Origin: Patescibacteria group bacterium
GTDB taxonomy: Bacteria > Patescibacteriota > Microgenomatia > UBA8517
DNA: 64,000 nucleotides
Direction: 5' to 3'
Assembly: GCA_025999275.1 (NCBI GenBank)
Contig: AP024680.1
Location: forward strand, 556,522-620,521
Each line of letters starts with the position of its first letter. The first letter of the stretch is position 1. The notes beneath the pieces were generated by a model that was not told the origin of the DNA, did no database searches, and worked only from the letters and a program-made list of their open reading frames with translations. Both the position numbers and the translations under genes were made by a program. Below, one piece after another: positions 46,586 through 56,707 of this stretch.

Positions 46586-47319
46586 CTTAAAAATAAAATT
46601 AGCTTTTCTCCAAATAAAAATACTAGCCAAAAGGAAAAGACCAAAAACGGACCAAAGGGAATTTGCTTCCCAAATTTCGCTTTACCTATTAAAATAAGAA
46701 TAACCCCTAGAATAGCACCCGTCAAGAAAGAAATAAAAATCCACAAGACCCCAAGAGGAAATCCCATAAAAAATCCAAGGGGTAGGGCAAGTTTAACATC
46801 TCCCAATCCCATTCCATGACCTTTTGTCACAAGATGCAAAAATAAAAGAAACAAAGATAAAGAAAAAGCAATTAATAAATTTAGATAAAAATTTTGATCT
46901 TTTATAAATAGGGAAGTGGTAAGAAAAAAAATAAAAAGTAAATAGGTTAAGCCATCAAAAATAACCTTATGTTCAAGGTCAATAATAAAAATTACTTCAA
47001 GAACAATAAAAACAAAAAGCAGTAAGGGTATGGACAAGGTCCGACCCTGTCCAAAGCTGTAGATCAAAATAAAGCCTAAAGCAGTGGATAGCTCAATTAT
47101 GGGATAACGATAGGAAATTTTTTTGCCGCAATTACGACATTTTCCGCCAAGAATAATAAAAGAGAGGAGGGGAATGTTATCATACCAAGAAATTTTACGA
47201 TTGCATTTAGGACAAAAAGATCTGCCTGAAACAAATGAAATTCCTAGTGGTAAGCGGTATGATAGAGCAGAAACAAAAGATCCAAAAACAAGACCCAAGA
47301 TAAATACTAGAAAGGACAT
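46582..47319 (-). CDS. pilD: prepilin peptidase (A24 family)
   Basis: N-terminal Zn-finger-like CPKCNRKISWYDNIPLLSFIILGGKCRNCGKKI, polytopic with catalytic Asp region. Confidence 0.9.
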   Translation of the reverse strand: MSFLVFILGLVFGSFVSALSYRLPLGISFVSGRSFCPKCNRKISWYDNIPLLSFIILGGKCRNCGKKISYRYPIIELSTALGFILIYSFGQGRTLSIPLLLFVFIVLEVIFIIDLEHKVIFDGLTYLLFIFFLTTSLFIKDQNFYLNLLIAFSLSLFLLFLHLVTKGHGMGLGDVKLALPLGFFMGFPLGVLWIFISFLTGAILGVILILIGKAKFGKQIPFGPFLVFSFWLVFLFGEKLILFLR

Positions 47320-47321
47320 AA

Positions 47322-48983
47322 TTAAAAAGAAATACCCATACTCTGAACTTGACTATAAATTTTCTTTGCATCCTCAATTCTTCCTCTTCTGACATAAAAA
47401 GCAACCAAACCCATGAGAAGATCTATATTTTGGTTATCAATTTTAAGAGCTTCAAGATAATATTTTTCAGCCTCTTCATAATCTTCTTGTTTCTCCTTAA
47501 TCGAACCCATATACTGCATTGCTCTTACTGATTTTGGATTAATTTTTAGAACTTTTTCCAATTCTTGTAAAGATTTCTCGTATTCTTTTTTATTATAATA
47601 TAAAGAGGCAAAACCTAAATGTGAGATTTCCGTATCCGGTTTTATCTCTGCCAGTTTTCTAAACACCTCCTCCGCTTTATCGATTTCCCCTTCAGACAAA
47701 TAAACACCAGAAAGGCCAACCTCGGTAACAAAATGCTGCGAAGAATTCAAATAAGCATCTTCCCAAAAAGAACGGCTGTCCTTAAAAGCAAAAATATGAT
47801 TTCTATTACCCTTCCAAAAAAATATCACAACTAATAAAGATAGCAATAAAAAAACTTTTCTGTAAGATAGACCTAATCTAACGAAATTAATTTGAGAAAA
47901 AGATAAAAGAAGACCCACCAAAGGCAAATAAAGCCTATGTTCGTAAATTATGTTTGGTTCGCCAGGCATAAGATTAACAAAAGTGGGAAAAAGCAAGACT
48001 AAAAACCATATTAACCCAAAAACAAAAATTTTCCTTCTTTTTTTTGAAACAAAAAGAAAGAAGGATAAAAACAAAAAGATTAAAAATAAAATCCCAAATT
48101 TTATATTAGAGTTGGTTAAATCCAAAATAGGGAACACCGAAAGATTAAATGGCCAAACTATTTTTCCAAAATATGTTAAGTAACCAGGAATCACAACCCT
48201 AGGAAAATACGAAAGCCAATTTGTATGAACTAAATAACCCAAATAACTACCCTGTTTATCACTAAAATTTAAGGCCATAAAATACCACAAAACAAAAATA
48301 ACCATAAAGGCAGAGAAAACAAGCAAAGATCTTTTAATATGCTTTTTCCAATCTAAAATTAGGAATAAATATGCCAAAAGTATTACAAGAAAGAAAATAG
48401 CAGTTTCTTTTACAAAAACAGACAAAAAAGCAAAAAAAAGAAAAAAAAGAAAATCTTTTAAGCCGCCAGATTTAAGATAATTCAAAAAATAAAAAAAATT
48501 AGAAATAGAAAAAACTAAAAGCAAACTGTCATTCCTGCCCGGCACCCAAGCAATGGTCTGCATTAAAACAGGATGCAAAGCAAATATAAGAGTCACAAAT
48601 AGAGCAACGTATATTTGAACCTCCAAACGCAGCATTAATTTATACACCAAGATAATCGATACCAAATGCAACACTATATTAGTAAGATGATAACCTCTAA
48701 AGTTATCCTTGAAAAACAAAGCATCTAAAATAAAAGAAATTGTAAGTATCGGTCGATAATAAAAGGCTGTACTGTCAGAAAGATACATTACGTTAGTTTT
48801 GAAAGAATTAATAATATTTGCGGGATTAAAAATATAAGAGAATCTATATTTAATTAATAACGCATCATCTAAATTGACATATTGAAAATTTAAAGAGTCT
48901 TGGTAGAAAATAAAAGATAAAAACAAAACAAGAAACAAAAAAATAAGAGAGGAAAAAACATATCCACGCCCACGGGGCCTCAT
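47322..48983 (-). CDS. polytopic membrane protein with C-terminal TPR repeats, TMTC/PMT_2-like GT-C glycosyltransferase (DUF1736-type). Start moved to an internal Met to avoid overlap with the upstream pilin.
   Basis: About 11 TM segments, HPVLMQTIAWVPGRND block resembling DUF1736/TMTC, 3-4 TPR units in the last 150 aa. Confidence 0.5.
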   Translation of the reverse strand: MRPRGRGYVFSSLIFLFLVLFLSFIFYQDSLNFQYVNLDDALLIKYRFSYIFNPANIINSFKTNVMYLSDSTAFYYRPILTISFILDALFFKDNFRGYHLTNIVLHLVSIILVYKLMLRLEVQIYVALFVTLIFALHPVLMQTIAWVPGRNDSLLLVFSISNFFYFLNYLKSGGLKDFLFFLFFAFLSVFVKETAIFFLVILLAYLFLILDWKKHIKRSLLVFSAFMVIFVLWYFMALNFSDKQGSYLGYLVHTNWLSYFPRVVIPGYLTYFGKIVWPFNLSVFPILDLTNSNIKFGILFLIFLFLSFFLFVSKKRRKIFVFGLIWFLVLLFPTFVNLMPGEPNIIYEHRLYLPLVGLLLSFSQINFVRLGLSYRKVFLLLSLLVVIFFWKGNRNHIFAFKDSRSFWEDAYLNSSQHFVTEVGLSGVYLSEGEIDKAEEVFRKLAEIKPDTEISHLGFASLYYNKKEYEKSLQELEKVLKINPKSVRAMQYMGSIKEKQEDYEEAEKYYLEALKIDNQNIDLLMGLVAFYVRRGRIEDAKKIYSQVQSMGISF

Positions 48984-48994
48984 AACTAATTTCG

Positions 48995-49555
48995 TCAAGG
49001 CAGACAAGAGTACGGGGAAACAGTGTTGCCACAAACAGTGGCTGCAACTGGCTGTAAATCTGCAGGTAATCCGCTTCCACTAGTACTCCCACACCTATTA
49101 TTAGCTTCTGTCCTAAAAGAACCTGATTGAGGAGCAAAACAAACATAATAACTATCACCTGCTTGACCTCGATTAAATATAAAGAGAGGGTTGTAACCCG
49201 AAGTAGTAATTCTATTAACAAAAGATTGCTTTATCTCTTCTGTACCTGCAGCTGACAACTGAGCAAGAACCGAAGTCGTTCCAGAACCAGACCAAGTAGT
49301 AGTAATTCGCGTCCAAGGTACAGCAGCACCAGCTGTCCCAGCTCCTGTCTGCCAAGGATAATAACCCCTTGATGCATAATACCTATCAATAGCCCCTATC
49401 AACTGCTCGGCATCAGATCGGGAACCGGTATCTCGAGAACGATTAATCTGCTCAATCGGATTAATTGCTGCTAAAACTGCAACAGCTAGAATTCCCAACA
49501 CCGCAATGACTATAAGAAGCTCAATTAAAGTAAAACCTTTAATAGAAGATTTCAT
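48995..49555 (-). CDS. type IV pilin, candidate major pilin (Gly/Thr/Ser/Ala-rich globular domain)
   Basis: KGFTLIELLIVIAVLGILAVAVLAA prepilin signal. Core SRDTGSRSDAEQLIGAIDRYY..GYYP. Higher GC and low Lys, typical of surface-exposed pilin. Confidence 0.65.
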   Translation of the reverse strand: MKSSIKGFTLIELLIVIAVLGILAVAVLAAINPIEQINRSRDTGSRSDAEQLIGAIDRYYASRGYYPWQTGAGTAGAAVPWTRITTTWSGSGTTSVLAQLSAAGTEEIKQSFVNRITTSGYNPLFIFNRGQAGDSYYVCFAPQSGSFRTEANNRCGSTSGSGLPADLQPVAATVCGNTVSPYSCLP

Positions 49556-49565
49556 ATCTGGTTAA

Positions 49566-49593
49566 AGTAAAACATAGCAAAAAAAGATTGTCA
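49566..49593 (-). promoter_or_regulatory. candidate promoter for the major pilin: TTGACA (complement of 49588..49593) -N16/17- TTTTAC/TTTACT
   Basis: Consensus -35 is found 35 nt upstream of the pilin ATG on the minus strand. The -10 is weak. Confidence 0.3.
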
Positions 49594-49608
49594 AGGGGTA
49601 ATTTAGCT

Positions 49609-50820
49609 TTAAAATTGGCTAGTCAGATTATAAATCGGCAAAATAACCGCAATAACCAAAAAACCAACTCCGATCCCCAAAACTATCATTACTAAAGGCT
49701 CTATTGCAGAAGTTAAAGCTTTAACTTTTTGATCAGATTCAACTTCAAAAACATGACTAACTTTTGCTAGCACCTCGCTCATCTTACCAGTCTCCTCTCC
49801 AACAGCCACCATTTGAGAAAGAATGTAGGGAAAAGCTTCAGAATGTTTGGCAAAAGCATAAGCCAATGGAAAACCTTTTTCAACATCTTTAGAACTATCT
49901 TCAAGAGCGTCACCTATGACAGCATTGCCAGAAATTTGGGAAAGGATAGACAGAGCTTCAAGAATAGAAACTCCAGCTCCAACCAAAAGACTTAATGTTC
50001 TTGTTAACTCTGTTAGTGCTACCTGCCTTTGCAAATCACCAAAAATGGGGATCTTTAAAATCAACTCATCTATCTTTCTTCTACCGGTTTTTGTTTTCCT
50101 ATAAGTAATAAAGAAATTAAATAAAAAGGCAATAATAATAAGCATCAACCACCAAAATTTGGCAAAAAAACCAGAAACAGACATCAGAACCTTGGTTGGT
50201 CCGGGAAGATCTGCCCCAAATTCAGAATAAAGGCTTAGCATCTTGGGAATAACAAAGATCATCATTATAGCAGCCACCAAAACCATACCAATAACAACAA
50301 TTACCGGATAAATCAGCGCCCCTTTAACTTTCCCTTTAAATTCAACCTGCTTCTCCATATTATCAGACAACCTTGACAAAACATTATCCAAAACTCCTCC
50401 TGCCTCTCCAGCTTTAAGAAGAGCAATGTAGGTAGGCGAAAAAACATTAGGATATTTTCCAATCGCATTAGAAAGAGATTGACCTTCTTGGACATCAGCC
50501 AAAATTTGCGTTAGCATATCTTTCAAAGCTGCATTCTGAGCCTGATTTTTCAAAATAAGCAAGGATTCAGTGATAGGTAAACCAGCATTAACCATAGTCG
50601 CTAATTGACGAGTAAATGTGGCTACATCATCCTCTTTAATTCTATTTTTGAATTTATTTAGAATTAAGTTCAAATTATCTTCCCTTTGGCTGGATAAAGA
50701 AAGTAAAATCAAATCTTTTTCTCTTATCAAAGAGGCAGCATGTCTTTCATCATTGGCCTCAACCAATCCAGAAACAAGCTTGCCATTTCTATCTTTTGCT
50801 TTGAAGTTAAATCTCCTCAT
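49609..50820 (-). CDS. pilC: type IV pilus inner-membrane platform protein (GspF/PilC family)
   Basis: Two T2SSF-type repeats, 3 TM segments, about 403 aa. Confidence 0.9.
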   Translation of the reverse strand: MRRFNFKAKDRNGKLVSGLVEANDERHAASLIREKDLILLSLSSQREDNLNLILNKFKNRIKEDDVATFTRQLATMVNAGLPITESLLILKNQAQNAALKDMLTQILADVQEGQSLSNAIGKYPNVFSPTYIALLKAGEAGGVLDNVLSRLSDNMEKQVEFKGKVKGALIYPVIVVIGMVLVAAIMMIFVIPKMLSLYSEFGADLPGPTKVLMSVSGFFAKFWWLMLIIIAFLFNFFITYRKTKTGRRKIDELILKIPIFGDLQRQVALTELTRTLSLLVGAGVSILEALSILSQISGNAVIGDALEDSSKDVEKGFPLAYAFAKHSEAFPYILSQMVAVGEETGKMSEVLAKVSHVFEVESDQKVKALTSAIEPLVMIVLGIGVGFLVIAVILPIYNLTSQF

Positions 50821-50825
50821 CTAAT

Positions 50826-51890
50826 TTATACTTCACCCTTAACTAGACGTAATAGTTCATCTGGCCGAAGAGAATAAGACTGTGCCACTTCAATAGAAAC
50901 TTTTCCTTCTTTAACAAGCTGTGCCAAAGACATCTCCAGAGTTGACATTCCAAATTCCTGAGAAGTCTGAATAATGTTATCCAAAAGATGTGTTTTACCC
51001 TCCCTTATCACAGATCTAACAGCTGGTGTTCCAAGCATCAACTCATAAGCAACAACGCGACCACCACCAATTGCTGGAAGCAGTCTCATAGAAAAGACAC
51101 CCTCAATAGTGTTTGAAAGTTGAAGTCTAATCTGACCTTGTTGGTTTTCAGGAAAAACATCAACAATCCTGTCTATAGTTTGGGAAGCTGAATTAGTATG
51201 CAATGTGGCAAAAACCAGATGACCAGTTTCGGCTACAGTTAGAGCTGCTGAAATGGTCTCTAGATCACGCATTTCACCAATCATCACCACGTTTGGATCT
51301 TCTCTTAACACGCTACGAAGAGCAATCTGCCAAGAATGAGTATCAAAACCAACTTCTCTTTGGGAGATTATAGACTTATCAGGTCTAATTATAAACTCTA
51401 TCGGATCTTCAATTGTTACTATATGTTCACTTCTACTCCTATTAATCTCATCAAGTATGGATGCCAAGGTTGTTGACTTACCATGACCAGTAGGTCCAGT
51501 AATTAATACAAGCCCCTGCCTTAACTTAGTAAAAGAGTGTAAAATTGTCGGCAGACCAAGCTCTTCAATTGTCAAAATCTGGCTGGGAATAACACGAAAC
51601 GAAAAAGAATAGCTGCCTTTTTGAAAATAAGCATTCACCCTAAACCTAGCAGAATCTCCTAAATAAAAAGAAAAGTCCAAATCTTTATTAACCTTAAACC
51701 TTTCAAATTGATCCGGTTTTAAAACAGTAGCAGCTACCTTTTCAACAAATTCGTTAGTTACAATCGGCTCATTGGACACAGAAAAAAGCTGGCCATCTAC
51801 TCGCAAAGACGGAGGGACTCCTACAACTAAGTGCAGATCTGAAGCTCTTTTTTCAACTGCTAGATTTAAAAGTTGGATTACATCAAGCAT
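50826..51890 (-). CDS. pilT: twitching-motility retraction ATPase PilT
   Basis: Walker A GPTGHGKSTT, Asp box, His box. 354 aa without an N-terminal extension. Confidence 0.9.
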   Translation of the reverse strand: MLDVIQLLNLAVEKRASDLHLVVGVPPSLRVDGQLFSVSNEPIVTNEFVEKVAATVLKPDQFERFKVNKDLDFSFYLGDSARFRVNAYFQKGSYSFSFRVIPSQILTIEELGLPTILHSFTKLRQGLVLITGPTGHGKSTTLASILDEINRSRSEHIVTIEDPIEFIIRPDKSIISQREVGFDTHSWQIALRSVLREDPNVVMIGEMRDLETISAALTVAETGHLVFATLHTNSASQTIDRIVDVFPENQQGQIRLQLSNTIEGVFSMRLLPAIGGGRVVAYELMLGTPAVRSVIREGKTHLLDNIIQTSQEFGMSTLEMSLAQLVKEGKVSIEVAQSYSLRPDELLRLVKGEV

Positions 51891-51922
51891 AGGACAGTAT
51901 TTGATTTAGACTACAACAAATT

Positions 51923-53680
51923 CTAATCCTGTGCAACCCTCAAAACCTCTTCAATCGTGGTTATTCCTTCAAGAACTTTAAGATAACCATCTTGTTTCAT
52001 TGTTACCATACCTTCCTCTCGAGCCACCTTCTCTATATCACTAGCTGATTTACGTTCCAATATCAATCTACTAATTTTCTCACTTACAGGCATAACCTCA
52101 AATATACCAATACGACCATAATAGCCAGAGCCTCCACAAACTGGGTCGCCAGTTCCATGATAAAGTTTTGTTATTTCTTTGTCTTTAGGCCAAAGGGGGC
52201 CTAAAACGTTCTTCATATCTTCAATCACTTTAGGATCAGGGGCATATTCCTCTTTACAATCTTCATGAATTTTCCTGACAACCCTCTGCGCCAAAACCGC
52301 AGTCATGGAAGAGGCTAAAAGATAAGGTTCAGCACCCATATCCAAAAGTCTAGGTAAAGCCCCAGCTGCATCATTGGTATGAAGGGTAGAAAACACCAAA
52401 TGACCAGTTAAAGACGCTTGAATTGCTAAATCTGCCGTCTCTCGATCACGAATCTCTCCCACAAGAATAATATTTGGATCTTGTCTTAAAAAGGCTCTTA
52501 GACCAGAAGCAAAAGTCAAACCAGCAGCTGGGTTGACTTGAACTTGGTTAACACCCGGGATTTTATATTCAATAGGGTCTTCAAGAGTAACTATGTTGAC
52601 TTTTGGAGTATTTATTCTTGAAATTATCGAATATAAAGTGGTTGTCTTTCCAGAACCAGTGGGACCACAAATAATAATAATTCCATGTGGCCTAAGTATT
52701 GCATTTTCAAGATTTTTAAGAGCTAATCCTCTTAAACCAAGTTCTGGTAATTCCGGTACTCCACCTGTTTTTTTCAGAAGCCTCATTACCACTTTTTCCC
52801 CCCAGGCAGTAGGCAAGGTGGAAACACGCAAGTCCACATCCTCAGAAGCGCCTGCAAAATTAAACCTACCATCCTGAGGCACTCTCTTTTCATCTATTTT
52901 TAAACCTGAAAGTATCTTTATCCTTGAAACTAAAGCTTCATGCAAAGGTTTAGGAATGGTTAGTTTTTCCTGTAAAATACCATCAATTCTATAACGAACT
53001 CTTGTAGATTTTTCCTGAGGTTCGATGTGAATATCAGAAGCTCTCGCACGTACCGCAAAATCAAGAATCTGAGTAACAATCTCGGCAATTTTTTCATCTT
53101 TAATAAAACCAATCTTTGCACCAGAAAGGCCATTGGCTCCTTGTTTCAACTCTGGCTCGACATCTTTTAAAGCTTCTGTTACCTCCTTTGATAGAGAAGT
53201 GGCATAGCGGACAGTAATAAATTCGTCCAACCTGGTTTCATCACACGCGTAAGGCTTTACTCTTAGGTTAGTTTTCTGCTCAATAAACTCAATAGCAAAT
53301 AAATCAAGAGGGTTTGCCATTGCCAGATCTAAAGTTTTGGAAAGCTTGTCAATCCCAAGTGGAAAAACCTTAAACCTCTCAGCAATCTCTTTAGGTAAAA
53401 CAGCCATCGCTTCTGGAGAGGCTGGGGCGGTGGTTAAATCAACAAATGGAATATTAAATAATTTAGCCTTTGCCTTAGCAATATCGGCTGGAGATACAAC
53501 ATCCAAAGACTTAATAATTACTTCTTGATCCTTACCTGTCTCTATTTCTGCAAGTTTTATCTCTTTAGCCTTATCCTCAGTCAAAGCTCCCTGACTAACC
53601 AAGATATCAACAAGAGTAGAACCAGTTGATTGAGATTTGCCAGTTTTTGACTGATCCTGTAGCGGGGCAGTGTTGTTCAT
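51923..53680 (-). CDS. pilB: type IV pilus extension ATPase PilB (GspE family)
   Basis: N-terminal GspII-like domain, Walker A GPTGSGKTTT, tetracysteine-like CGGSGYYGR. Confidence 0.9.
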   Translation of the reverse strand: MNNTAPLQDQSKTGKSQSTGSTLVDILVSQGALTEDKAKEIKLAEIETGKDQEVIIKSLDVVSPADIAKAKAKLFNIPFVDLTTAPASPEAMAVLPKEIAERFKVFPLGIDKLSKTLDLAMANPLDLFAIEFIEQKTNLRVKPYACDETRLDEFITVRYATSLSKEVTEALKDVEPELKQGANGLSGAKIGFIKDEKIAEIVTQILDFAVRARASDIHIEPQEKSTRVRYRIDGILQEKLTIPKPLHEALVSRIKILSGLKIDEKRVPQDGRFNFAGASEDVDLRVSTLPTAWGEKVVMRLLKKTGGVPELPELGLRGLALKNLENAILRPHGIIIICGPTGSGKTTTLYSIISRINTPKVNIVTLEDPIEYKIPGVNQVQVNPAAGLTFASGLRAFLRQDPNIILVGEIRDRETADLAIQASLTGHLVFSTLHTNDAAGALPRLLDMGAEPYLLASSMTAVLAQRVVRKIHEDCKEEYAPDPKVIEDMKNVLGPLWPKDKEITKLYHGTGDPVCGGSGYYGRIGIFEVMPVSEKISRLILERKSASDIEKVAREEGMVTMKQDGYLKVLEGITTIEEVLRVAQD

Positions 53681-53710
53681 TAGTATTTAATTTAAACTAT
53701 TTTCAACAAA

Positions 53711-53985
53711 CTAGCAAGGGGAAAGAATCAAGATTTATGAATTATGGATTAAGGGATAGAAATTATGGGGAAATAATCCAAAAGTTAAAATTCAAAAGTT
53801 TACTTAGATAATTAAATAATTTTAAATTTTGAATTGTATTTTTGAATTTTGCCTTTTGACTTTTAAGTTAATTTTTTTAGATATTAGAGTTTGAGATTTG
53901 AAAAGTTTATATAACTTTTAATTTTTAACTTTGAATTTTGAATTATTTTCCCATGCCCCATCCTCCATTATTCATTATTCATTTC
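53711..53985. repeat. intergenic modular repeat, locus D. A ~275 bp imperfect palindrome built from the family modules: left arm CTAGCAAGGGGAAAG, GAATTATGG, AATTCAAAAGTT; right arm AACTTTGAATTTTGAATT, CATTATTCATTATTCAT.
   Basis: The right-arm modules are reverse complements of the left-arm modules. Confidence 0.65.
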
Positions 53986-54004
53986 CTATTGCTATAATCC
54001 AAGT

Positions 54005-54613
54005 ATGAATTCTTTTTTAATTGTCTCAAAAGACGAGGAAAAAATAGAAGAAAAAATAGAAGAAATCACTAAAACAAATAGCGCCATTAAATCAAATTTC
54101 AGCCTAAAAAAAATTAATGACGCAAGAGAACTAAAACAACTAACCAAACTTTCTCACAATCAAAAGCTTGCCATCATTATAAGAAACATAGAAGAAGCCT
54201 CCACCCCAGCCTTAAATGCAATTCTTAAAAATATAGAGGAACCAAATCAAAACATCATTTTCATACTAACAACTAAAAATATAAAATCTGTTTTACCCAC
54301 AGTAGTCTCAAGATGCCAAATTATCAAATTAAAATCAGAGGAAAAGATAGATGCCAAAATAGCCTCTAAATACTTAGAATTTCTAAATCTCAAAAAAGGC
54401 TCACAACTTCTCTTCATTAACAAGATACAGAAAAGAGAAGATGCATTAAAATTCCTCAAGGAACTCATTCTGACATGCCAAGAAAACATTCATCAAGAAG
54501 AAAATCGTGAGAAAATCGCCAATTGTCTTATCCAAGCACATCAAGCCATTTTAGCCATAAAGGCTAATGGCAATGTCAAACTACAGTTGACAAGAATGGT
54601 GATCAACATCTAG
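54005..54613 (+). CDS. holB: DNA polymerase III clamp-loader delta-prime-like subunit, minimal form without P-loop
   Basis: ALNAILKNIEEPNQNIIFILTTKNIKSVLPTVVSRCQIIKL matches the sensor-1/SRC region of delta-prime. Confidence 0.55.
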   Translation: MNSFLIVSKDEEKIEEKIEEITKTNSAIKSNFSLKKINDARELKQLTKLSHNQKLAIIIRNIEEASTPALNAILKNIEEPNQNIIFILTTKNIKSVLPTVVSRCQIIKLKSEEKIDAKIASKYLEFLNLKKGSQLLFINKIQKREDALKFLKELILTCQENIHQEENREKIANCLIQAHQAILAIKANGNVKLQLTRMVINI

Positions 54614-54633
54614 GATTACTACTGTCAAAAAAC

Positions 54634-56624
<1,991 letters not shown>

Positions 56625-56707
56625 CCAAAATAGTTATTGACAAGACAAAGAAGACTTCCATAAAATAAAACACAACTCGGCTAACGAGTTGATTTTTTTA
56701 TTAAAAA

